Positions 34,697 to 43,844 of a stretch of DNA of 64,000 nt are shown one piece after another. The translations under genes and the position numbers were made by a program. Each line of letters starts with the position of its first letter. Positions within the stretch are counted from its first letter, which is position 1. Origin of the DNA: Acidimicrobiia bacterium. Lineage in GTDB: Bacteria > Actinomycetota > Acidimicrobiia > IMCC26256 > PALSA-610. Location: contig DATBAK010000084.1 in the NCBI GenBank assembly GCA_036271555.1, positions 15,053 to 79,052 of the forward strand, written 5' to 3'. The notes below the pieces were generated by a model. It saw only the letters and a list, made by a program, of their open reading frames with translations, made no database searches and had not been told where the DNA came from.

Positions 34697-36165
34697 AGAT
34701 GGTCGCTCCGCTCGTCGTCGGCGCGATCCTCGACAACGCGGCGCGGGTCGCACCGCGTTCGGTCGCCGCGACCCTCGGCGACGGCGCGCTGACCTTCGGC
34801 GAAGTCGACTCGCGAGCGAACCAGGTCGCGCGCGTCCTCCTCGACGCGGGCGTCGCGCGCGGCGATCGCGTCGCGTGGTGGGGTGAGACGTCGCTCGACG
34901 CGATCCCGATCTTCTTCGCGCTTGCGCGGCTCGGTGTGGTGTTCGCGCCCGTGAACGCGCGCATCGGCTTGGAGGAGGCGCATCCCGTCGTCGAGCTGGT
35001 GCGACCGCGGCTCGTGTTGACGGATCGCGTGCACGATGCCGACGGGGAGGCGCTCGCGGCGCGACTCGGCGTTCCGCACGTCGACGACAACGCGCTCGGG
35101 CCCGCCGCCGCCGCTTCGACCGCGCCGCTCACCGTCGACGGTCCCGACGAGCTCGACCCGCACGTCATCTTCTTCACGAGCGGCAGCACCGGACGACCAA
35201 AGGGAGTCGTGCTCTCGCACCGCACGAACTGGCTGCGCTCGTTTCCCGGCGCGACGACTGAGCCCGGCGGCGCCGGCGTCGTCTGCATGTTCCCGCTGTT
35301 CCACATGGCGGGTTGGACGATCGCGCTGGGCGCGTGGCAGGCCCGGCGCCCGGTGCACTTCGCCCCCGCCGACCCCGCGACGCTGCTCGAGACCGCGCAG
35401 CGCCACCGCGCCGGTCGCCTGTACGCGATCCCTGCGGTGTGGGCGCGCATCCTCGACCACGGTGTCGACGGCTACGACCTGTCGTCGCTGCACGAAGCCG
35501 ACACCGGCACGTCGGCGACGCCGCCCGAGCTCATCGCCGCGATCCGAGACGCGTTGCCGCACACGGTCACGCGCATCTTCTACGGCTCGACCGAGGCCGG
35601 GCCGGCGACGATCCTCGGCACCGACGATCTCGCGTCGCATCCGGGCGCGGTCGGGCGCGCACAGCCGACCTGCGAGGTGCGGCTCGGCGCGCGCGGTGAG
35701 GTGTGCGTGCGCAACCCTTTCCTCATGGACGGCTACTTCGACAACCCCGACGCGACCGCCGAGGCACTGGCGGACGGCTGGTACCACACGGGTGATCTGG
35801 GCGCGTTCGACGACGACGGCTACCTCTCGATCGTCGGTCGGGCGCGCGATGTCATCCGCAGCGGCGGCGAGACGATCGCGCCGGTCGAGATCGAGCAGGT
35901 GCTCGCGGCTCATCCCGCGTTCGCAGAGGTCGCGGTCGTCGGTGTGCCGGACGCGCAGTGGGGCGAGATCGTGACCGCGTGCGTGGTGATCGCAACGGAC
36001 GCGGCCGAAGTGCCCGACGTCGATGCGCTACGGGCCTGGTGCGGCGACCGGCTCGCGTCGTTCAAGCATCCCCGCCGCATCGTCGTGGTCGACGCGCTGC
36101 CCCGCACCCCCGCGACCGGCCAGGTCCAGCGCACCCTCATCGTCGAGCGCATCGTCGCTTCCTGA
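34693..36165 (+). CDS. acyl-CoA synthetase / AMP-dependent ligase
   Basis: AMP-binding motif FFTSGSTGRPKGV, YGSTE, GDLG..DDDGYL and the C-terminal lysine region. The alternative start ATG at 34699 is also possible. Confidence 0.8.
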   Translation: MKMVAPLVVGAILDNAARVAPRSVAATLGDGALTFGEVDSRANQVARVLLDAGVARGDRVAWWGETSLDAIPIFFALARLGVVFAPVNARIGLEEAHPVVELVRPRLVLTDRVHDADGEALAARLGVPHVDDNALGPAAAASTAPLTVDGPDELDPHVIFFTSGSTGRPKGVVLSHRTNWLRSFPGATTEPGGAGVVCMFPLFHMAGWTIALGAWQARRPVHFAPADPATLLETAQRHRAGRLYAIPAVWARILDHGVDGYDLSSLHEADTGTSATPPELIAAIRDALPHTVTRIFYGSTEAGPATILGTDDLASHPGAVGRAQPTCEVRLGARGEVCVRNPFLMDGYFDNPDATAEALADGWYHTGDLGAFDDDGYLSIVGRARDVIRSGGETIAPVEIEQVLAAHPAFAEVAVVGVPDAQWGEIVTACVVIATDAAEVPDVDALRAWCGDRLASFKHPRRIVVVDALPRTPATGQVQRTLIVERIVAS

Positions 36166-36181
36166 GCCCGCCGCCCTCCAG

Positions 36182-36225
36182 GTGGTACTGCGTTCTTCGG
36201 CCATACGCCGATAACGCAGTACCAC
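36182..36225. promoter_or_regulatory. perfect 13-bp inverted repeat (terminator hairpin or operator)
   Basis: GTGGTACTGCGTT-(18 nt)-AACGCAGTACCAC. It sits 17 nt after the ligase stop and about 110 nt upstream of the TetR gene, and is locally AT-richer than the surroundings. Confidence 0.35.
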
Positions 36226-36332
36226 GGGACCCGGGCGGACGCCCAGTGAGCGCGGACGCCGGCGGGCGGGTGGGGTCCAGCGATCCGGGAGCCGGTGGCC
36301 GCGCTGAACCGCGCGGGGCCGCTCGCGAGAAT

Positions 36333-36995
36333 ATGATTCCGGCGATGCAGAACGCAGTTCCGAGCCTGGAGCACGAGCTGGCGGGGCGGGCGGTCGCCGG
36401 CCGGCTCGAGGGCTACGCCGGCGAGGTGCGGCGGCTGCTCGACGCGACGTATGCGGTGATGGCCCGCAGCGGCGACATCGACCCGCGCGTCGGCGACATC
36501 GTCAAGGAAGCCGGCCTGTCGAACCAGGCCTTCTACCGCCACTTCGCGGGCAAGGACGCGCTGCTCGTCGCGGTCCTCGACGAGGGCCAGCGCCGGCTGG
36601 TCGCAACCCTCGAACGGCGCATGCAGAAGGTCGAGCCCGGCGCGCCGCGCGTGCGCGCGTGGATCGAGGGCGTGCTCGAGCAGGCGCGCAACAAGGACGC
36701 CGCCGAGAACACGCGACCGTTCGCGATCAACGCGGTGCGGCTGCGTGACCGCTTCCCCACCGAGACCGCGGCGAGCTTCGACCGGCTGCTCGCACCGCTG
36801 CGGGCCGCGGTCGTCGACGCGGGCGGCGACGCCGAGCGCGACACCGAGGCCGTCCGCGAGCTCGCGATGGGCACGATGCACCGCTTCCTCGTCGAGCGGC
36901 GGCCCCCCACTCGCGCCGACGTCGAGCATGTCGTGCAGTTCGCGCTCGCCGGCATCCGCGCATCCGCAACCAAGGGGGCACCGCATGGAACGTGA
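36333..36995 (+). CDS. TetR/AcrR family transcriptional regulator
   Basis: HTH region VGDIVKEAGLSNQAFYRHFAGKDALL. An alternative start is ATG at 36345, lying 7 nt after a TATGAT -10-like hexamer (leaderless option). The 3' end overlaps the next gene by 11 nt. Confidence 0.8.
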   Translation: MIPAMQNAVPSLEHELAGRAVAGRLEGYAGEVRRLLDATYAVMARSGDIDPRVGDIVKEAGLSNQAFYRHFAGKDALLVAVLDEGQRRLVATLERRMQKVEPGAPRVRAWIEGVLEQARNKDAAENTRPFAINAVRLRDRFPTETAASFDRLLAPLRAAVVDAGGDAERDTEAVRELAMGTMHRFLVERRPPTRADVEHVVQFALAGIRASATKGAPHGT

Positions 36996-37566
36996 GCTGC
37001 TCATCACCGGCATCGGCGGGCAGGGCGTCCAGCTCGCGGGCCAGGTGCTCGCGCGCGCGGCGACGCTCGAAGATCGCTACGTGATGCTGTTCGGCCTCTA
37101 CGGCGGCATGATGCGAGGCGGCAACACCGACGGCACGGTCGTGATCGGCGACGCGCCGTTGCTCACGCCGCCGCTCGTGTCGCGCTCGTGGTCGGCGATC
37201 GGCATGCACGACGAGTTCTGGGAGCCGATCGAAGCGAGGCTGCGGCCCGACGCGCTCGTGCTCGTGAACGATTCGACGTTCGCGAGCGACGTCGCGGTGC
37301 CGTGTGTGCTGCACCGCATCGACGCGACGGGGATCGCGACCGAGCTCGGCCACGCGCTCGGCGGGTCGATGGTGATGACCGGCGCCTACGCGGCCATCAC
37401 CGGCATCGTCTCCGTCGACGCGCTCGTCGCCGCGATGACCGACTCGATCCCGTCGTACCGCACGCAGCACATCACCGCGAACGAGCGCGCGCTACGCGCC
37501 GGGTTCGATGCGGTGGAACCCAACACCTGTCCGGCGTGGTCGCCCGCGACCGTCGCCGCGAGCTGA
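36985..37566 (+). CDS. 2-oxoacid:ferredoxin oxidoreductase, gamma subunit
   Basis: ATG at 36985 follows AAGGGGG. ITGIGGQGVQLAGQVLA is typical of the POR/KOR gamma domain. Confidence 0.8.
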   Translation: MERELLITGIGGQGVQLAGQVLARAATLEDRYVMLFGLYGGMMRGGNTDGTVVIGDAPLLTPPLVSRSWSAIGMHDEFWEPIEARLRPDALVLVNDSTFASDVAVPCVLHRIDATGIATELGHALGGSMVMTGAYAAITGIVSVDALVAAMTDSIPSYRTQHITANERALRAGFDAVEPNTCPAWSPATVAAS

Positions 37567-37576
37567 GGAGGCCGGC

Positions 37577-37834
37577 GTGTCGATCACTGTGAAATCGCGC
37601 GGCACCGTCACGATCGACGTGGAGACGTGCAAGGGCTGCGAGCTCTGCATCCCCGCGTGCCCGCCCGCGGTGCTCACGATGTCGGAAGCCGTCAACCGCA
37701 TGGGCTATCGCTGGCCCGAGCTGCACGCCGGCTGCACCGGCTGCGCCGCGTGCCTGCTCGTCTGCCCCGACTTCGTGTTCGAGGTGTTCCGATTCTCCGA
37801 GCCGGTGCTGCACGAGATCGAGGAGGCGTCGTGA
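37577..37834 (+). CDS. 2-oxoacid:ferredoxin oxidoreductase, delta subunit (2x[4Fe-4S] ferredoxin)
   Basis: GTG at 37577 follows GAGGAGG. Two cluster motifs are present: CKGCELCIPACP and CTGCAACLLVCP. Confidence 0.8.
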   Translation: MSITVKSRGTVTIDVETCKGCELCIPACPPAVLTMSEAVNRMGYRWPELHAGCTGCAACLLVCPDFVFEVFRFSEPVLHEIEEAS

Positions 37835-39000
37835 CCGCGACCACGACCGCAGGGCCGCGCGCCGAGCGCACCCTGATGGAAGGCTCCGAAGCCCTCGTGC
37901 GGGCCGCGATCGCGGCCGACTGCAAGTTCTTCGCGGGTTACCCGATGACGCCGTTCACCGAGGTGCTCGAACACTTCGCACGATTGCTGCCCGACGTCGG
38001 CGGCGCGTGCGTGAACGCGGAGTCGGAGCTCGAAGCCGTCGGCATGGCGTGGGGTGCGCTCGCGACCGGCGCGCGCGCCGCGACCGGCTCGACGGGCCAG
38101 GGCCTGTCGCTCATGCAGGAGTCGTTCTCCGAGATCACGCTCGCCGAGCTGCCGCTCGTGATCTTCAACATGGCGCGCGGCCAGCAGGACTATTACCAGG
38201 CGACGCGCGGCGGCGGCCACGGCGACTACCGGCACATCGTGCTCGCGCCGCACGACATCACCGAAGGCGTCCAACTCGTGCAGCTCGCGTTCCACCTCGC
38301 CGACAAGTGGCGCAATCCGGTGTTGATCTACGGCGACTATCTGCTCGCGCACACGCAGGAGGCGGTCGCCGTCGAGCCGATCCCCTATCCCTCGCTCCCG
38401 GCGAAGGACTGGGCGGTCGACGGCACCGCGAGCGGATCGGGCCACTCGCGCGGCGTCACACCGCTCGGCGTCGCCAAGCACGGCCAGCGCGCGTTCGGAC
38501 AGGAAGGGCGCGCGCAGTACGCCGCGAGCAAGATCCCGTTCATGGAGCGCGAGGTGCGCGTCGAGACCGCGTACCTCGACGACGCCGAGACCGTGATCGT
38601 CGCGTTCGGCACCCCGTCGAAGTTCGTGCGCTACGCGATCGGACGGCTGCGCGAAGCCGGTCACAAGATCGGCATGGTCCGTCCGATCACGCTGTGGCCG
38701 TTCCCTTACGAGGTGGTTCGAGACGCGGCACGAGGCGCGAACGTCGTCGGCTCGTTCGAGCTCTGCGCGGGGCAGATGATCGACGACGTCCGCATCGGCG
38801 TTGCGGGGCAGGCCCCGGTCGAGTTCCTCGGCGGCGTGTCGACCGACGGCTCGGGCTTCGGCGTCGGGCGGCTGCTCGACGTCGACGTCATCGAGGAGCG
38901 CATCCTCGCCGTGCACACCGGCAAGCCGCTCGGCATCATCCCCGGCACCGACGCCTTCCACTACGAGCTCGCAGCCCATCAGCAGGAGGCGACACCGTGA
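37831..39000 (+). CDS. 2-oxoacid:ferredoxin oxidoreductase, alpha subunit
   Basis: GTGA overlap at 37831. Contains MEGSEALVRAAIAADCKFFAGYPMTPFTE and ESELEAVGMAWGA. Confidence 0.85.
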   Translation: MTATTTAGPRAERTLMEGSEALVRAAIAADCKFFAGYPMTPFTEVLEHFARLLPDVGGACVNAESELEAVGMAWGALATGARAATGSTGQGLSLMQESFSEITLAELPLVIFNMARGQQDYYQATRGGGHGDYRHIVLAPHDITEGVQLVQLAFHLADKWRNPVLIYGDYLLAHTQEAVAVEPIPYPSLPAKDWAVDGTASGSGHSRGVTPLGVAKHGQRAFGQEGRAQYAASKIPFMEREVRVETAYLDDAETVIVAFGTPSKFVRYAIGRLREAGHKIGMVRPITLWPFPYEVVRDAARGANVVGSFELCAGQMIDDVRIGVAGQAPVEFLGGVSTDGSGFGVGRLLDVDVIEERILAVHTGKPLGIIPGTDAFHYELAAHQQEATP

Positions 39001-39884
39001 CGACCTCGCACACTCTCGGCCCGGTGCTCGACACCACGCGCGCACCCGAGCGCGCCCGCGTCGTCGAACCACTGTTGCCCGACCTGTTGCTCACGCAGCA
39101 GCACCACATGTGTCCCGGCTGCGGCGAGCCGATCGCCGTGCGCGGATTCCTCGAGGCGCTCACCGAGCTCGGAGTCGCGCCGCGCTCGATCGGAGTTGCG
39201 GGTATCGGCTGCTACACGAGCTTCAGCAGCACGATGGACGTCGACCTCGTGCAGGCGCTGCACGGACGCGCGCCGTCGCTTGCGACGGGCGTGAAGCGCA
39301 TGCGTCCCGACGCGGTCGTGTTCACGCTCCAGGGCGACGGCGACATGGTGAACGAAGGTCTGCAGGAGGTGATCCACACCGCGGCGCGCGGTGAGAAGGT
39401 CACGTGCATCCTGCTGAACAACGGTGTGTTCGGCGAGACCGGCGGGCACATGACCGCGACGAGCGTGATCGGGCAGCGCACGAAGAGCTCGCTCGACGGA
39501 CGCGACGCCGAATACCACGGCTACCCGATCCTCATCGGCGATCTCATCGCGCGGCTCGAAGGCGCGGCGTACGTCGCGCGCGGGTCGGTGCACAACGCGG
39601 GCGCGGTCGCGCGCACGAAGAAGATGTTCCGGCGCGCGTTCGAGAGTCAGATTCGCGGCGAGGGGTTCTCGTTCGTCGAGGTGCTCACGATGTGCCCGAC
39701 GGGCTGGTTCATCCCGACCGGTGAGGGCCCCGGCTACATGACCGAGACCCTCGGTGAGGTCCACGTCATGGGCGAGCTGAAGGTCGACGGGCACGTCCGC
39801 ACGACCGAAGAGCTGCACGCCGAGAACGTCGCGCGTCAGGCCGAGGTCGAGGCGCAACTCGCCGCCGGCGGCGTGCGCGAGTAG
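38997..39884 (+). CDS. 2-oxoacid:ferredoxin oxidoreductase, beta subunit (TPP-binding)
   Basis: GTGA overlap at 38997. Contains CPGCGE and the TPP motif GDGDMVNEGLQ...NNGVFG. Confidence 0.85.
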   Translation: MTTSHTLGPVLDTTRAPERARVVEPLLPDLLLTQQHHMCPGCGEPIAVRGFLEALTELGVAPRSIGVAGIGCYTSFSSTMDVDLVQALHGRAPSLATGVKRMRPDAVVFTLQGDGDMVNEGLQEVIHTAARGEKVTCILLNNGVFGETGGHMTATSVIGQRTKSSLDGRDAEYHGYPILIGDLIARLEGAAYVARGSVHNAGAVARTKKMFRRAFESQIRGEGFSFVEVLTMCPTGWFIPTGEGPGYMTETLGEVHVMGELKVDGHVRTTEELHAENVARQAEVEAQLAAGGVRE

Positions 39885-39896
39885 ACACCTGACCGG

Positions 39897-39977
39897 CACA
39901 GCAGCGAGCGGAGCGAGCATGCGACCCGACTCCATCCCATCCCGCGTCACGGAGCGGCGAGCGCAGCGAGTGCGACC
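39897..39977 (+). repeat. repeat family A, copy A6 (two half-units)
   Basis: GCACAGCAGCGAGCGGAGCGAGCATGCGACCCGACTCCATCCCATCCCGCGTCACGGAGCGGCGAGCGCAGCGAGTGCGACC. It ends 6 nt before the ATG at 39984. Confidence 0.65.
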
Positions 39978-39983
39978 ATAAGT

Positions 39984-41147
39984 ATGAACTTCAACTACTC
40001 GCCGGAAGCGGAAGCGTTCCGGAAAAAGTTCCGCGCCTGGCTCGACGCCAACCTCACCGACGACGTGCGCGCGGGCGCGAGCTGGTCGATGGACCTCGAG
40101 GGTGAGCGCCTCGAAGGGCTGCGCGCGTGGAACCGCACGCTCGCCGACGCGCGCTACGCCGCGATCGCGTGGCCCGACGAGTGGGGTGGGCGCGGCGCGG
40201 GACTCATGGAGCAGGTGGTGTTCGCCGAGGAGATGCACCGCGCCGGCGCGCCGGGCACGCTCAACCCGCTCGGCCTGTCGAACATCGCACCCGCGATCAT
40301 CGAGCACGGCACCGACGAGCAGAAGCGCACGCTCCTTCCCCGCATGCTGCGCGGTGACGACATCTGGTGCCAGGGATTCTCGGAACCGAACGCGGGCTCC
40401 GACCTCGCGTCGTTGCAATGCCGCGCGGTGCGCGACGGCGACGTCTGGATCGTGAACGGGCAGAAGACGTGGAACACGCTCGGGCACCTCGCGAACTGGT
40501 GCGAGCTGCTCGTCCGTACCGACACCGACGCGCCCAAGCACAAGGGCATCACGTGCCTCCTCGTCGACATGACGCTGCCGGGCGTCGAGGTCCGGCCGCT
40601 CGTCACGATCACCGGCGAGGTCGAGTTCAACGAGATCTTCTTCACCGACGTGCGCGTGCCGGTGAGCCAGACGCTCGGGCCGGTGAACGAAGGCTGGCGC
40701 GTCGCGATGACGACGCTCGCGTACGAGCGGGGCACCGTCGCGAAGCTCCACATGGGCTTGCGGTCGAAGGTGCAGCGGCTGCTGACGCTGGCGCGTGAGA
40801 CGCCCGGTCGCGACGGCGCGCCGGTCTCCGAGGATCCGGTCCTGCGGCAGAAGCTCGCGCGCGTCTACCTCGAGGCCGAGCTGCTGAAGCTCATCTCCGA
40901 GCGCGCGATCTCGGCGGAGCTGCACGGGCGCGCGATGGGTCCCGAGGGCAGCATCGCCAAGCTCGTGTGGAGCGAGACCGAGCAGCACCTCACCGAGGTC
41001 GCGTCCGACGTGCTCGGTCCCGACGCATTGTCGGGCGCGTGGGCGCGCGATCGCGTCTACTCGCGGGCGCTCACCATCGCGGGCGGCACGACCCAGGTGA
41101 ACAAGAACATCCTCGCCCAGCGCATCCTCGGTATGCCGCGTTCCTGA
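39984..41147 (+). CDS. acyl-CoA dehydrogenase
   Basis: 387 aa with WCQGFSEPNAGSDLA, a GQKTW-type motif, and C-terminal IAGGTTQVNKNILA. Confidence 0.9.
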   Translation: MNFNYSPEAEAFRKKFRAWLDANLTDDVRAGASWSMDLEGERLEGLRAWNRTLADARYAAIAWPDEWGGRGAGLMEQVVFAEEMHRAGAPGTLNPLGLSNIAPAIIEHGTDEQKRTLLPRMLRGDDIWCQGFSEPNAGSDLASLQCRAVRDGDVWIVNGQKTWNTLGHLANWCELLVRTDTDAPKHKGITCLLVDMTLPGVEVRPLVTITGEVEFNEIFFTDVRVPVSQTLGPVNEGWRVAMTTLAYERGTVAKLHMGLRSKVQRLLTLARETPGRDGAPVSEDPVLRQKLARVYLEAELLKLISERAISAELHGRAMGPEGSIAKLVWSETEQHLTEVASDVLGPDALSGAWARDRVYSRALTIAGGTTQVNKNILAQRILGMPRS

Positions 41148-41193
41148 TGGTCGGCGCGGCGGTTCCGCGGAGTCGCTGCTCCCGCCCGGATCG

Positions 41194-42777
41194 CTACCGA
41201 TCGTCGACCGGGGGCGCAGCGAGCGCGACCGGGGAGCTCGGTCGGATCGCATTTCCGAGCGCCGCGAGCGCAGCGGCGGTGACGAGCGCGACCAGCAGCG
41301 GCGCGGCGACGGCCTGGGGCGCGTGCGCGGCGAACGGGAGCTGACTCGCGATCTCGCGGCTCCACGTCTGCGTCGCCGCGGGCCCGACGCCGAGCAACCC
41401 GGCGATGATCTCCGCCGCGAGCACGCGCCCCGCGGCGACGAACACGGTGGCGAGCGTGGCGCGCACGACGCCGAACGACACGTGTGAGCCGAAGCTCCGC
41501 ACCCACGCGCCGGTCGCGAGATCCGGGTCCGACTCCTGCACCGCGGCGAGCGTGCGCTGCTGCGCGCCCCGTGCGATCGCGGGCGCGGCGACGAACGCGA
41601 GCGCGACCGCGGCGCGCGCACCGCTGCGGCCGTTGAACGTGAGGAGCACGAGCGCGACGAGCTCGCCTGGGAACGCGGCCCACCCCTTCAACGCCGCAAC
41701 CCCGATGCGTTCGAGCGGTCCGCCCGCGAAGCCGATCACCACGCCGATGACCGAGCCCACGACCGTGGCGATCACGACCGCGGCGACGACGAGCAGCAGC
41801 GAGCCGCGCCCGGTCGCGAGCACGCGCGCGAGCACGTCGCGACCGACCGCGTCCGTGCCGAACGGATGCGCGCCCGAGCTACCGCTCGGACCGTCGGCGC
41901 CGATGCGCGCGGCCGCCGGCAGTCCGAGGTGGAGACGCGCCGCGATCGCGACGACCACAGCCGCGACCCACGCGGTTGCGACGACCCCGCGCGCCGCGCG
42001 CCCACCGAGCGAGCCCGTATTCGTCTCACCCCGCTCGACACCCGGCAGCACGACGAGCGCGAGCAGGACGGCGACCGCGATCGCGAAGAACACACCGCGC
42101 GTCGTCATCGGATCGAGGCCTGCGGTCGACTGCGCGAACGTCGACCCGAGGCCGGGCAGCGCGAAGACGGCCTCGGTGACGATCGTCCCGAGCGCGACCG
42201 CGGCGACGACTTCGCGCGTCGACCGTCGCCCGATGGCCATCCACGCCGCGAGGCCGGCACCGAGCGCGAGCGCGGGCAACAGACTCGCGCCGGCGCGCGA
42301 CACGAGCGCCGCGTGCGGTGCCGAGAACGGCATGGCCCCGAAACGGGCGCCGACGACCAGCGCCGCGAGCACCGGCAGCGCGACGACCACGCCGGGAACC
42401 GCGCCCGTCGCGCGCCTTCGCGAGCGAGTGCGCCGCCACCGCCGCAGGCTCCACGCGACCGCGAGCGCGACGGCCGCGAACAGAAGGCTCTCGACGGTGC
42501 GCTCGCCCACCACCGCGCCGACATCCGCGCCGATCACGGGCGAGTGACCGAGGTCGCCGCCCGCGACGTCGCCGACGAAGTCGACGAAACGCAGTGGGAG
42601 CGCGCGACTCGCGTGCATGTCGGCCCGCAACGAGAGGCGCGCGATCGGGTCGTTGCGCTGACCGCCGAGGAACGAGTCCTCGGCACCGCCGGGCAGGCGC
42701 GTCGGCAACGCGAACAGCACCACGAGGATGACGAGCAGACCCGCGACGAGGCACCCGAGGCGGGCGCCGACCCGCAC
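41194..42777 (-). CDS. fused, divergent OppB-like/OppC-like ABC permease
   Basis: GTG at 42777 lies 17 nt after the upstream ATPase stop. The first half resembles OppB (..DVAGGDLGHSP.., VTEAVFALPGLGSTF). The second half resembles OppC (HPFGTDAVGRDVLARVL..). The coupling (EAA) loops are poorly conserved by eye. The ORF-track start at 43404 is rejected because it overlaps the ATPase gene. Confidence 0.55.
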   Translation of the reverse strand: MRVGARLGCLVAGLLVILVVLFALPTRLPGGAEDSFLGGQRNDPIARLSLRADMHASRALPLRFVDFVGDVAGGDLGHSPVIGADVGAVVGERTVESLLFAAVALAVAWSLRRWRRTRSRRRATGAVPGVVVALPVLAALVVGARFGAMPFSAPHAALVSRAGASLLPALALGAGLAAWMAIGRRSTREVVAAVALGTIVTEAVFALPGLGSTFAQSTAGLDPMTTRGVFFAIAVAVLLALVVLPGVERGETNTGSLGGRAARGVVATAWVAAVVVAIAARLHLGLPAAARIGADGPSGSSGAHPFGTDAVGRDVLARVLATGRGSLLLVVAAVVIATVVGSVIGVVIGFAGGPLERIGVAALKGWAAFPGELVALVLLTFNGRSGARAAVALAFVAAPAIARGAQQRTLAAVQESDPDLATGAWVRSFGSHVSFGVVRATLATVFVAAGRVLAAEIIAGLLGVGPAATQTWSREIASQLPFAAHAPQAVAAPLLVALVTAAALAALGNAIRPSSPVALAAPPVDDR

Positions 42778-42794
42778 GCGCGGCGTCCGTGCGC

Positions 42795-43844
42795 TCAGGC
42801 GGCGGGCACGGAGCCGTTGCTGCCGGGCGCGAGCGGCAGCACTTCGCCCGGGTTCAGCGGGAAGTGACACGCGACATATTGACCCGTCGCGATCTCCCGG
42901 ATCTCCGGTTCCTGCTGCGCGCACACGTCCTGCGCACGCGGGCAGCGGGTGCGGAAGCGGCAGCCGCTCGGCGGCGCGACCGGCGAGGGGATCTCCCCGC
43001 CGAGCGCGGGGCGGTCGGCGGGCCGGATCGCGGGGTCCGGCACCGGGATCGCGGCCAGCAGCGCGGCGGTGTACGGGTGCGCGGGGCGCTCGTAGATCTG
43101 GTCGGGCGGCCCGACTTCGCAGACCTTGCCGAGGTACATCACGACGACGCGGTCGCTCACGTTCTTCACCACCGCGAGGTCGTGCGCGATGAACACGAGC
43201 GTGAGCCCGTAGCGCTCCTTCATCTCCTCGAGGAGGTTGAGGATCTGCGCCTGGACGGACACGTCGAGCGCGGAGACCGGCTCGTCGCAGATGACGAGCT
43301 TCGGTTCCGTGACGAGCGCCCGCGCGATCGAGATGCGCTGGCACTGACCACCCGAGAATTGGTGCGGGCGCCGGCCGCGCGCCATCGCGGGATCGAGGCC
43401 ACACGCGTCGAGCACTTCGTCGACCTTCGCGGTCTGCGACTTGTCGTCACCGATGTTCCAGATGCGCATGCCCTCCGCGACGATGTCCTCGACCTTGCGC
43501 CGCGGGTTCAGCGACGAGATCGGGTCCTGGAAGATCATCTGGATGCGCGTGCGCATGCGGCGCATGCTCTCGCCGTGCAGCGTCGTGAGGTCGGTGCCGT
43601 CGAAGTCGACCATCCCCGCCGTCGGTGGCGGCAACTGCATGATCGCCTTGCCGGTCGTCGACTTCCCGCAGCCGGACTCGCCGACGAGACCGAGCGTCTC
43701 GCCGGGCATGATGTCGAGGCTCACGTCGGAGACCGCGTACACCTTGAGGCCCGTGCGCCCGATCGGGAACTCGACGACGAGGTGCTCGACGCGCAGCAGG
43801 ACCTCGTCCGCCGGGCGCAGGTGCGCGGTGCCGCTCCCCGCCAT
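42795..43844 (-). CDS. oligopeptide/dipeptide ABC transporter ATP-binding protein (OppF/DppF-like)
   Basis: ATG at 43844 sits in an ATGA overlap. Has Walker A GESGCGKST, signature FSGGQCQR, Walker B LVICDEP, and a C-terminal oligopeptide-type Cys motif region. Confidence 0.9.
   Translation of the reverse strand: MAGSGTAHLRPADEVLLRVEHLVVEFPIGRTGLKVYAVSDVSLDIMPGETLGLVGESGCGKSTTGKAIMQLPPPTAGMVDFDGTDLTTLHGESMRRMRTRIQMIFQDPISSLNPRRKVEDIVAEGMRIWNIGDDKSQTAKVDEVLDACGLDPAMARGRRPHQFSGGQCQRISIARALVTEPKLVICDEPVSALDVSVQAQILNLLEEMKERYGLTLVFIAHDLAVVKNVSDRVVVMYLGKVCEVGPPDQIYERPAHPYTAALLAAIPVPDPAIRPADRPALGGEIPSPVAPPSGCRFRTRCPRAQDVCAQQEPEIREIATGQYVACHFPLNPGEVLPLAPGSNGSVPAA

Noticed and set aside
41147-41240. 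Partial family-A-like string (GGCGCAGCGAGCGCGACC) near 41215-41232
   Set aside because: It lies inside the C-terminal coding region of the fused permease and matches only the last ~18 nt of the core. It may be a chance GC-rich match.
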